From NCBI GenBank assembly GCA_052055015.1, contig JBQJIT010000004.1: a DNA stretch of 64,000 nucleotides. The stretch is one strand, 5' to 3'. This document shows positions 53,527-62,958 of this stretch, in pieces. The DNA comes from Malassezia furfur. Its lineage: Eukaryota. The notes under the pieces were generated by a model. That model was not told where the DNA came from and did not search any database. It was given only the letters and a program-made list of their open reading frames with translations. The position numbers and the translations under genes are program-made. Each line of letters starts with the position of its first letter. The stretch's first letter is position 1.

Positions 53527-55146
53527 TCAGCGCCCGCCGTTGAACCGCTTCGACACGCCATAGTCGTCTGCGTCGGGCGGCCCTCGCTTCTGCCCGCCAC
53601 GGCCCGCGCGGCGATCGGAGCGCGTACGGTCGCGATCGCGTCGGCTGTACCGGTCGCGGTCGCGGTCACGGTCGCGGTCGCGATCACGATCACGGTCGCG
53701 GTCGCGGTCGCGCCCGCCGCGTGGCGCATCGTCGTACGTGTACCGTTCCTCGTCGTGCCGTGGGGTTGTCTGCCGCCGATGCCGGCGATCACCTTCGCCA
53801 TGCGGCGCCGATGCACCATAGTCCAGTGCATCGCCAGGACCCGCCTCGCTGTCCCGGTCGTTGTAGTACTCCCGCCTCGTGACCGTAGGATGCAGCTCCG
53901 GCGCATACGCATCGTCGTCCGGCGGCGGCGATCGATCGTCAGGTCCTGCACGTCCGCTACGCCGCGATGCGTTTCCCGAGCGTGGCCCATTGCGAGTGTC
54001 GCGTCCTCCCCGCCGAGACCGTGCACCTGGAGCGTCACCGTCATCGGCCTCATGGCCGCTTCGCGCGTTGTCCGCCGGCGGTGCAACACCTGGTGCGGTC
54101 GGTAGCTGTGCGGCGCCTGTCATCCAGGGCGGCACATCCTGGCCCTCGGCCGGCGGCATGCCCATCATCGGCATGGTCTCGGCCGGTGCGCCCTGCGGCG
54201 CACCAGGAGGCATCATCATTGGCCACTGCATCCCTGGCATGCCCATCATGCCCGGCGCAAACATGGCAGTCAGGTTTGCCATGGGGTTCTGTGCATCACC
54301 AGACGCGCCCGGCGCGAATCCCGGCTCGGCGCCAGCTTCGCCTCCATCGGCAGCTTGCAGCGTGTTGGCAAACTCGGCGCGCGCCTGGCCCATGCGATTC
54401 TTTTGCGCACACCACATGGCCCATGTCGCCTCATCAAAGCCGTAGTTGAACCAGTCGCTCAGGTTGGCCCCCGGCCGGCGCCAGGGCTTTTCAGGCAGCG
54501 AATCAATGTCCACTTGGTATATGTTGAGTTTCGAGCTCGTGTCATCCTCAGTCTCGTAGATCGCATCCGTCGGCGGGTATCTCAGCGCCTCGGGCTTGGG
54601 CGACAGCACCAACTCCGGCGCCGTAATGCCGGCCGATGCAGGAGGACCTTCCGGCTCGCCTGCATCCCCGGTGGCCGTCGAGACCGCAGGCGCCGCGGCG
54701 CGCGGCAGCGCCGGCACAGCAGCAGGCGCACTCACTGCAGGCGCGGTTTGAGATGGCAATGGCTCCGCGGCAGGGCTGGGAACTGCAGGCACGGACGGCA
54801 CGTCCTCGCTGCCCGCGGGAGTACTCGCCGGCGCCTTGGCGGCAGGCGTCTCAGTTGCGGCCTTGCTGGGGCTCCTGATGGGCACGGGAGCGGGAGCATA
54901 CGTTGCGGAACGTGAAGGAGGTACTGCTGGTGCATTCGGATCGATAATGAACTCGATATCCTGCGGTCAGAAGATGGCACGTACCGAATCGTCGCTGTCG
55001 TCCTCGTCGTCGTCACCCGATGCGGAGCCTTCTGGTGCCGGAGCAGGAACAGGCGCATTTGACTCTGAGGTTTGCTCCGTCGGCGCGGATGCCGCAGGCG
55101 CAGCAGGGGCCTCGTCCCCGTACAAGAACGCGTCGTCGTCGTCCAT
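53527..55146 (-). CDS. FIP1: Polyadenylation factor Fip1; intron 54961-54984 (24 nt)
   Basis: MDDDDAFLYG start, EKPWRRPGANLSDWFNYGFDEATW Fip1 motif, RD-repeat tail. Confidence 0.92.
53620..53712 (-). repeat. Hexamer repeat (CGCGAC/CGTGAT-type) encoding an Arg-Asp dipeptide run in Fip1
   Basis: Tandem cggtcg/cgatca units on the + strand. Confidence 0.8.
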
Positions 55147-55260
55147 TGCGTCTGGACCACGGCGGTTCGTGGATCGAACTGGGAAGTATGCGCACGAAAA
55201 TGCCGCGGGGCCAACCCCAGCGCGGCCGCAACGCCTCCTTACCTCCACGACCGTTCAGCC

Positions 55261-55705
55261 ATGGCATCCGCAGCGGCCGGTCGCTTCAGCTCTTTCTGGA
55301 ACGGGCCGACGGGTCCCAAGACGGGTACGTGACGCACCGCGTGAGTGCTTATCTAGTGTTTTTCTGGGCCCCTGCAATGAAGTGGGGCATCGTCCTGGCT
55401 GGGATCAACGACCTCTTCCGCCCGGCTGACCAGATCTCGGTCGCTCAGAACGCCGCACTCGCACTCACCGGGTCGATTTGGGTCCGGTATGTGCCTGTGT
55501 ACTCACTCAGCTATTGCTTCGTGATTCACCCGGTGAACTACTCGCTGGCGGCTGTCAACTTCTTTGTCGGCTCGAATGGGCTGGTGCAGTTGGCCCGCGT
55601 AGCTCAGTATGTGGTGCATGCTCACACAGTTACCGTTATACGCACCCTGAGGCGGCCACGAAGCCCGCTGCTGTTGCGCCGTCGCCCGACACCAAGCCAC
55701 ACTGA
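55261..55705 (+). CDS. MPC2: Mitochondrial pyruvate carrier subunit; introns 55325-55356, 55487-55510, 55607-55629
   Basis: Spliced FWNGPTGPKTVFFWAPAMKWG..TGSIWVRYCFVIHPVNYSLAAVNFF. Confidence 0.92.
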
Positions 55706-55959
55706 GGGGACAGGCGGGAGCGGACAGACCCTGTAGGATTGTATGTGCCAACCGACAAAACGACACGAATGTTTCGCGCGAACGACATAGACGCCGTGAG
55801 TTGGTATTTCGCGGCACGCACGGCACAGCGCGATCTGTGTCGGGGCGCCGCGTCCGTCCGCCGTATGCTGCAGCGCCGCGTCCCCGTCACGATCACGTGG
55901 GGTACGAGGTGCGCCTGCGTGTGGAAGCTCGCACGAGCCGTACCATTCCTCCGATCATC

Positions 55960-56734
55960 ATGGCCTCTTCGTTCCGGCAGACGGGCCGCAAGATCGTTGC
56001 GTACGTTGCGTACACTCACGCAGCATTGGTCGCAACTTTGCAGACCACGCCAAGGAGCTCAACAATGCCGTGCCGACAGAGCCGTTCTTCTTTCTCAAGC
56101 CGACATCGAGCTACATTGGTTCCGGCGACGCGATTGAAATACCGCGTGGCGTCGTGGCACATCACGAGGGTACGTGCATGTCTTATGGCAGTGGAACTTG
56201 CCGTGATTCTAGGACAAAAAGCGCGTGATATCAAGGCAGACCAGGCCAACGACTACATCGGCGGTTACGGTATGTGCGAAGCACTTATCCAGCTCTTGCG
56301 ATCGATATGACCGCGCGGAACGTCCAGGACAAGGCAAAGAAGGCTGGACTGCCATGGTCCACTGCCAAGGGTTTTGACACCTTTACGCCGATCAGTGCGT
56401 TTGTGCCCAAAGACGCGATTGCCGACCCAAGCAACGTCAATCTCTGGCTCAAGGTCAATGACGAACTTCGGCAAAACGGCAACACGCAGGACATGATCTT
56501 TGATATCTCTGCGTTGCTGGCCCATGTCTCGTCCATTATGACGCTGGATGTAGGCGATGTGATCTTGACCGGTACGTGTCGCCTTCTGACGTAGGCACGC
56601 CCAAGGGCGTTAGCCAAATCAACCCTGGGGACCAAGTCACCGCTGGGATGCAGATTCCGGGGTCGTCCAAGATCTTGGCTGAGCTCAAATTGCGTGCCTT
56701 GCAGCGCAAGGGAGGCTTTGTTTTCCAGGGATGA
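55960..56734 (+). CDS. Fumarylacetoacetate hydrolase family protein (FAHD1/Fmp41-like); introns 56001-56023, 56170-56191, 56270-56292, 56572-56594
   Basis: Spliced KIVAIGRNFADHAKEL, PFFFLKP, HHEVELAV, DMTAR, KGFDTFTP and DVILTGTPKGV. Confidence 0.92.
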
Positions 56735-56752
56735 TGAATACTATACAACTAG

Positions 56753-57371
56753 TTATGCAGTGGATGACTGGCGCTTGGTTAGTATACGCATGCATACCTG
56801 CTCCAATGCAGCCACCTTTTCGGCAAGCCGCTTGCGCTCCGCACGGAGCTTGTCGAGGGACCTACGCTGCTCCTCAATCTCGTTTTGTGTCACTAGTGCC
56901 GCGACGGACGGCGAGGACCGCGACGTGTCACCAAGCATGCCCTGTCCCCCTGACCGTGCCTCAAGCTGTGCAAGCTCTTGTGTGGCCTGGTTGCGCAGCG
57001 TGCGCGCGTGTCGTTCGTCCTTGGCGAGCGCGTCTTCGGCGCGCACGATTAGTTCTCGAAGGAGCGGCGCAATCTCGGCAGCCACATGGTCGCGTGCTTG
57101 CCGCACATCGCGCTCCGACACTAGATCAAAGTGCTGCGTTAGTCAGAGAGTGTGAACGTACGCGCTGGCTCGCCATAGCGGTGCGTAGCCGATCGAAATC
57201 ACCCGTGTGATGCGCAAGAATTTGGTTGGTTTCGGCGATCTGCATGAGATGAGCACGTACGGTACCACACGAGGCTCGCACGCTTTCGATACATGCGTGA
57301 ATGCTGTTCAACTGATGCACGCTGGCCGCAGGGTTTCCGTAAAGCGACTGACGCGGGGGCATTCGCGCCAT
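56753..57371 (-). CDS. SPC19: DASH/Dam1 complex subunit Spc19; introns 57240-57260 (21 nt) and 57134-57161 (28 nt)
   Basis: CIESVRAS..DFDRLRTAMASQRHFDLVSE..EIAP coiled-coil pattern of the Spc19 family. Confidence 0.75.
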
Positions 57372-57422
57372 GGTGGAGTCGTGTCGTCGGTGGAGGACAA
57401 CACAGATCGGCCGAGCGCGTCC

Positions 57423-57977
57423 ATGGCCCTGGTGTCCGTGCTGGGCACGGCGGTAGGCAGCGCCGCGTGGACGGCGCTGCTCGGCGCGGATGCCAAGTCG
57501 CTCGAGGTGCGCACGTATCCCGATATACATTACTACAATGCGCGCAACCGCGGCGTCAGTTTTCAGGTCGATCCGACGACGTTGCGCGTCCTTACCATCG
57601 ACGTGTACAACGCGCAACCGCGGTGGGGCACCTATGCTGCCTATCCGATTTTGATTCGCTACTGGACCGAAGACGCACACGAACGCCACCTTGAAATTAC
57701 GCCGACAACCAAGGCGATCGATCTCGTTCAGGCGCTTGGCGAGCCGACGCGCAAAGGCGGCGCCGAGGCGGGCGGTCCCACGGCACGCGCGCTGGGGCCT
57801 GCCATGTGGACCGAGTGGGCGTTGGCCGTGGATATGCCTTCGGTGGGACGCACGACACTCTACCTCTTGGCCGAGTACGCAGGCGAGGCGGCGCGTGCGC
57901 GCGACCGCTGGGAACCCGGCCGGGGCAGCGAAACGGTGTGGGGGACAATGGCCCTGTCCCTCGTTCCTCCGCCTTGA
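57423..57977 (+). CDS. Hypothetical protein (184 aa)
   Basis: Globular-looking ORF (VRTYPDIHYYN..GVSF, LVQALGEPTRKGG, WTEW) with ATG in good context, divergent from SPC19. Confidence 0.7.
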   Translation: MALVSVLGTAVGSAAWTALLGADAKSLEVRTYPDIHYYNARNRGVSFQVDPTTLRVLTIDVYNAQPRWGTYAAYPILIRYWTEDAHERHLEITPTTKAIDLVQALGEPTRKGGAEAGGPTARALGPAMWTEWALAVDMPSVGRTTLYLLAEYAGEAARARDRWEPGRGSETVWGTMALSLVPPP

Positions 57978-58164
57978 CCCTCGTGTACATAGGATTCACA
58001 TCCTCTCGCGACTATAAAAAGACTTCGATCTACTCGCTCGTCTCGTAGCCGACAAATTAACGGACCAGAGCATGCGACTAACTCAGATCAGCATTACAGT
58101 GACAATTGATTAGAAAGGCGATATGGAGCAAGTTTCAAAAGACATGAGTTGGGCGCCCAGAAAA

Positions 58165-59268
58165 TTACTGCGACCAGGGGGCACCGCCGGTGTAGGTCTC
58201 ACCCTCAACCGAGCGCTGGTTGGTGCCGAGGTTCAGCAGACCAGCGTCCTCGACCGAGCGGGTCTCGCTGGTGAGCACACCACCACCCTTGACGAAGTCC
58301 TCCTTGCGGATCGGCTGGTGGGCAGTCGACTCGTGCACAATGGGGGCCTCGTGGGTGATCTGGGTGGTCGGGACCGTAGTGCGAATACGGTGGTACTCGT
58401 ACACGTCCTTCTCAATGATCGGCTGGACGATGTTGTGAATGTGGTGGTGCACAATCTCACGGACAGTCTCGCCCTTGTCAATCACCGAGCGCTCAATGGG
58501 AGCGTGGGTGTAGGTGTCCTTGGGGGTGCCGGCAACCGAGCGAAGGAGAGCAGCGTCCTTGTCGGTGTTGGCGTGCACCTCACGGATCGTGGTGGCGGGC
58601 ACCACGCGCGTGTGCAGCTGCTCGGCGAGGTGAACCTGGTCGAGCACGGGCTGCACGTGGTGCTGGATGTGGTGCTGGTGGATGTGGTGCTCACGCTCGC
58701 GGTGGAGCTCCTCAATCTCCTGGCGGTGGAGGGTCTCGCGGGTAACCGGAGCAAGGTGCTGCACGTCCTGGTCGACGTTGCCGGCAGCGACGTTGACACC
58801 CGAGTTAACGCTCGAGGTCTGCGTCAGGTTCGAGCTGCGGTTGTAGGCCGACTCCGAGGGCTGCACGCCCACGACCTCAGTCCGCTGCTGCGAGACGGGC
58901 ACGCCGCTGGCCACGGCGGTCTTCTCGCTGGCAGCGGTGGCACCAGGGGCACCGGCGCCAACGGCGCCGACACCAGTGGTCGACGAGGCGCCCTTGCCGA
59001 CCGACCAGGGGCCCTGCGACGAGGTCTCCTTGGTGGCCTGCTGGGCACCGTGGTGGTGGCTGCCGAACATGCCCGAGATCTTCTCGCGGGCGTCGCCGAG
59101 GATGCCCTCGCCCTTGTGCTCAACGCCCTTGGCGCCCTCCTCGCCGTGGTGGAAGATGCCGCCGGTGTGCTCGGCCTTCGACGTGGCACCCTGGGTGGTC
59201 TCGCCGACCTTGCCGGCCTCACCCTCAGCCTTGTCGGTGTTGAAAACCTTCTTAATAACGTTGGACAT
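58165..59268 (-). CDS. Hydrophilic His-rich protein with LEA-like N-terminus (fungal 'allergen'-like, function unknown)
   Basis: Intronless 367 aa, strong C/G-ending codon bias, repeated HHxHxxVQP motifs, upstream TATA box. Confidence 0.85.
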   Translation of the reverse strand: MSNVIKKVFNTDKAEGEAGKVGETTQGATSKAEHTGGIFHHGEEGAKGVEHKGEGILGDAREKISGMFGSHHHGAQQATKETSSQGPWSVGKGASSTTGVGAVGAGAPGATAASEKTAVASGVPVSQQRTEVVGVQPSESAYNRSSNLTQTSSVNSGVNVAAGNVDQDVQHLAPVTRETLHRQEIEELHREREHHIHQHHIQHHVQPVLDQVHLAEQLHTRVVPATTIREVHANTDKDAALLRSVAGTPKDTYTHAPIERSVIDKGETVREIVHHHIHNIVQPIIEKDVYEYHRIRTTVPTTQITHEAPIVHESTAHQPIRKEDFVKGGGVLTSETRSVEDAGLLNLGTNQRSVEGETYTGGAPWSQ

Positions 59269-59315
59269 GGTTCTTTAGTTCGATGTGGGAGAAGAGGCCG
59301 GGCCCGCCCCGGGCC

Positions 59316-59324
59316 TTTTATATA
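59316..59324 (-). promoter_or_regulatory. TATA box (TATATAAAA) ~50 nt upstream of the His-rich gene
   Basis: Motif read directly within GC-rich flanks. Confidence 0.65.
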
Positions 59325-59492
59325 GGGCTACCGACCATTTCGGGACATCCCTGCATGGGCGTCTGCGCGGGCCCGAGCGTTCCACTCGCGTTCCGCGCGG
59401 GCCCAATCGCGTTCGCGCGCAACGAATGACGTGGAGTGGACAGTGTGGAATTTAGACGCCTAGCCAAGGAGAATCGGGCTAATCCAAACACG

Positions 59493-59505
59493 GAACCAAT
59501 CAGAA
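59493..59505. promoter_or_regulatory. CCAAT box identical to the one upstream of FBA1
   Basis: GAACCAATCAGAA 13-mer. Confidence 0.5.
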
Positions 59506-59818
59506 TATGCATCTCATGTACGTTCGCGGTAAAATTGCACTGGCGGTGCAGCTATCGTCGCACGCCGCAGATTGCGCGCGATCCTGCTGCACAAGCCATC
59601 CGCCCGCCGCTGACCCAGACGCAGTATGACCGTGTTCGGCAGCCCTAGCTATCCAGCCTCTTCTGGCATGGTCGGGGCCGCCACCAGCGGGCCGCGGAGA
59701 TTTCGATGAATCCCACGCGTATGCGTGCCTGGATGGTTGTAACGCGTTAGGGTTCTGCCTCGCTCGAGTCCCATGCAGGCGGCGGCCGGTGAGCAAGCGC
59801 GGAGGCTCGGTACGCATT

Positions 59819-60958
59819 CTAGATCCCCTGCTCGTTGCGCTTGCGCTTCCGCGGCTTAGTCTTGTCCTTGGCACGGACCATCTCCTGCGTGTGCGTGGTG
59901 TCACTAGGTGATTTCGACTCGCCGCCCGAATCGGCGGGTTCCACCGAAAGCCGCGATACGGCTCCGCGGAAGGTCTGTCGCGTCTCTGCTGTCAGTTGAG
60001 CCGTACGCACGTGCACGGATCATCAAAGATCGGCAAGTAGCAGAGAGGGTATCTTTGGCAGACGTAGCCGTCATGCCCATCAATGTTGCCCTGGATGTAA
60101 GCTTGGTAGTGGATACGCACAGATTCATCACATCGTAAGGCGCACGGAGACTCATGGCAGCCAACGCGCCGCTAGAGAAAATCACGCCTTTGCCATTCGT
60201 CACACGTAGGAGATCCCGTGCATTGCTGAAGAGATTGCGCCGTGCAGTCGGCACATCGCGGGCCTCCCGCGAGGGATCCAAAGCATCGCCGTAGGTAATT
60301 TCAAACACCACCCCATTGGCGAGCGCCGCACCCACAGTGCTTCGCTTCAAATGGAAGGGAAGACGAGGGGAGGCCGCCAAATCTAGCGTGATGATGTCAA
60401 CACTAAACGGCTTCAGCTCACTAAGCGTGATGCACGCATGCTGGAAGGCCGCGTCGGTCAGCGGCATCACGGAGAGCAGGTCGTATTGAAGGAGTGCATT
60501 GCTGTTGGCCGTGACAAAGCCTGTCCCTGACTTGATTAGGTTGTCCTTGTCAAGGACTACTGTGAGGCGGCTTAATTGCGTGAGTGGTGCGGCTTGGACC
60601 GAGGACTTGCCGCACACACGGGGGTCCAACTTCGGAAACGGAACCCGAGGGCGCTGCTGCTGCCGGCGAAATGGATTGATTTGTGTGGATGGGTCAAACT
60701 TGCCATACACCGTCTGATTGTAGGCAATTACATTGTACCCCACTGTATGAGCTCACTACACGTACATGATCGCAGCTCGTAGGTAAGCGTAGTGATGCGC
60801 TGCTGTTCCGCCGGCAAGAGGCGCGCAAGCGGGTCATCATCTGGAGCCTCCTCTAACACCGGCGCAGAGGAAGGTTGATTGTTCTTCTTCCCCTTCTTCG
60901 TTGGCACATCCACTGCTAAGCCGTGCGACGGCCAAGGTATATTCAGATCGTAAAACAT
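59819..60958 (-). CDS. RPP1: RNase P/MRP subunit p30; introns 60743-60765, 60091-60120, 59986-60010
   Basis: MFYDLN, LGYNVIAYN, LSRLTVVL, YDLLSV, GVVFEITY and GVIFSSGA..LRAPYDVMNL. Confidence 0.9.
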
Positions 60959-61019
60959 GCTCGGCGACACTTTCTCTGCGAAGCGCGACAGGTTCTCCAC
61001 ACTGGTCGAGGCAACGCGC

Positions 61020-61036
61020 AAAATTTTGTTCACGTG
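61020..61036. promoter_or_regulatory. RRPE-like AAAATTTT (61020-61027) plus CACGTG (61031-61036) in the RPP1/M50B-like divergent promoter
   Basis: Same motif pair as upstream of POL5. Confidence 0.5.
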
Positions 61037-61098
61037 GCTGTGCGCGGCATAGTGCAGCGTGGACGTTGCATGGACGCCCCACCATCGGTGCGTCCACC

Positions 61099-62006
61099 AT
61101 GCCACCCTATGTGGTGCTGAGGCGCGCAAATACCACCGATGATCTCGTGCCTACTACAGACCAACGCAACACAATTATTGTCGCATGTGTATATGCGCTG
61201 GCTATCCTTCTCCTGGTAGGTCCGTGCGCGAACACTTCTTACGCCAGTGGAACATCCCAATTCTCAAGGTCATTTTGTACCCATTCAAGCTTTTGGTGCG
61301 TTGACTTCGCTAATGAAGACGGTTGGATTCCATGAATTTTCTCACGCTTTGATGGGCGTACTCACCTGTGCAAAAATAGAGTCGATCCAGCTCGACCCCG
61401 ACGAGGGCGGTGCAACGCGGATGCGTGGGGGAATCCACCTGCTCACGCTGCCGGCGGGCTACCTCGGGTCGTCATTGATCGGCGCTATTCTGATTGCCTG
61501 TGGCTTTGACGAACGAGCTAGCAAGGTTGCTAGTCTCGTCGTCGCTGCTTTCTTCCTTATAATGCTGTGGTGGGCAAGACGAAGTTGGGTGTACGTGCGC
61601 AACACTAATGGAAACAGTACCTGGCTCCTGATTATTTTCATGGTTGGCCTGTTCGTCCTGTTTTGGGTATGCTACTCTACTTACCGCAGCTGGTGGAAAG
61701 CTCAGTCGCTCTACGATATTTCGTGCTTTTTATTGGCGTGATGAACTGCCTATATTCCGTGTGGGATATTTGCGACGATCTTATCTTCCGCAAAGTGAAC
61801 GAGTCAGACGCGACGGCCTTTGCTAAGTTGGTTGGCTGCTGTCCACCGCAAGTGTGGGGTGTCGTATGGCTGCTGATCAGCATCGCCTTCTTCGCAGGCG
61901 GGATTCTGTATGTGTCTGTGCCTTACCCAGCGTCGGTCTCGTGCTGTTCAAAACGCCCGTCTCAGAGCAAAAGGCAGACGATTTCTTGCGTGTTCCTACA
62001 CGCTAA
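61099..62006 (+). CDS. Peptidase M50B-like membrane protein; introns 61216-61247, 61296-61318, 61591-61617, 61667-61689, 61908-61930
   Basis: Spliced YPFKLLTVGFHEFSHA (HExxH), DPDEGGAT, LPAGYLG and NESDA; several TM helices. Confidence 0.88.
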
Positions 62007-62579
62007 AGGATGTTTCTATTGTACATAGCAATTTCACAAACTAAGCCTTAACATATCGTTCACAAGCTCATCCAGAATAACAAAAGAACATGCGTGTCCA
62101 GCCATTAGTTCTACAACATGCCACTTTTTCTTGAGCCGTAATTTGAGCGCAGCTGTTTCCGCGAATATTCTCCATCATGGCTGGCACCGGTGTAGCCATA
62201 GTTGCGGGCATCAAATTGAAAATTTTCTTATACTGTGTACCACTGCGCACAGTGGCGCATTAAGACGAAAGAGGAAATTGTTGGGCCCTGGGCATTAGAC
62301 GAAGCGATGCCAAGTGGTGTAGAGGCCTCCGGCCTCCGGAGCTCCGCCACGATTGGCCCTCAAATCCGCTTCTTTTTCGCAGCTTCTGAATTTGGAGCGC
62401 AATGCTGCTGCGCATCGGACGAGATTTCGTCATCGACATTGAGCCGGTGGTTTGCTTGAGAAACTTAACAAGTTTTTTTGAGCCACGCTTGGTACTTCTT
62501 TCGCCATGATCCGCACGGTGCTACCACCGAGGCGATTTACGAGAATGTAAATGTTGCCTCGTTAGCTGCGATGCTGACT

Positions 62580-62780
62580 ATATGTAGAGCAGCTGGTTAA
62601 AAACACGCCCCTTAAGCACAATTTGAAGTCACTCCACGCTTCGCCTTGCTCGATTGCTGTAGCTGCCCTACGACAGACGGGCGAATTGATATTCCGAAAT
62701 CAGCTGAATTATCAACAGGTACACCAAGGTCAATATAGCCACCTTGGTATTGATTGTACTTCATTCCCATGGCCCCAGGA
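62580..62780 (-). ncRNA. Candidate intronic structured RNA with H/ACA-like 3' hairpin (5' end uncertain)
   Basis: AGGGCAGCT/AGCTGCTCT stem followed by ACA+3 nt, two upstream hairpins, branch GCTAAC just downstream. Confidence 0.35.
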
Positions 62781-62958
62781 CCAGGGCAGTAAAGGACACG
62801 AGCCACATGAACTGGAGAAAATGCACGGACGCGGGGGTTGCGATGACTAAGCGCGAAGTAGGTACATGCTCCGCAACGGTGTGTGGCATACCATCTCCCA
62901 CGTACGCTTCGCTCGCCCAACTCCTCCTCGTTTGTGTAGGAGTCTTGTCCAGCTGACA

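Noticed and set aside
62580..62670. Assignment of the H/ACA-like hairpin to snR30/U17
   Set aside because: TAACCAG lies 7 nt before ACA, like motif m2, but no m1 (AUAUUCCUA)-like motif is found on the opposite strand.
62007..62958. Centromere candidate (local GC dip)
   Set aside because: GC only falls to roughly half by eye, far from the strongly AT-rich cores described for Malassezia centromeres.
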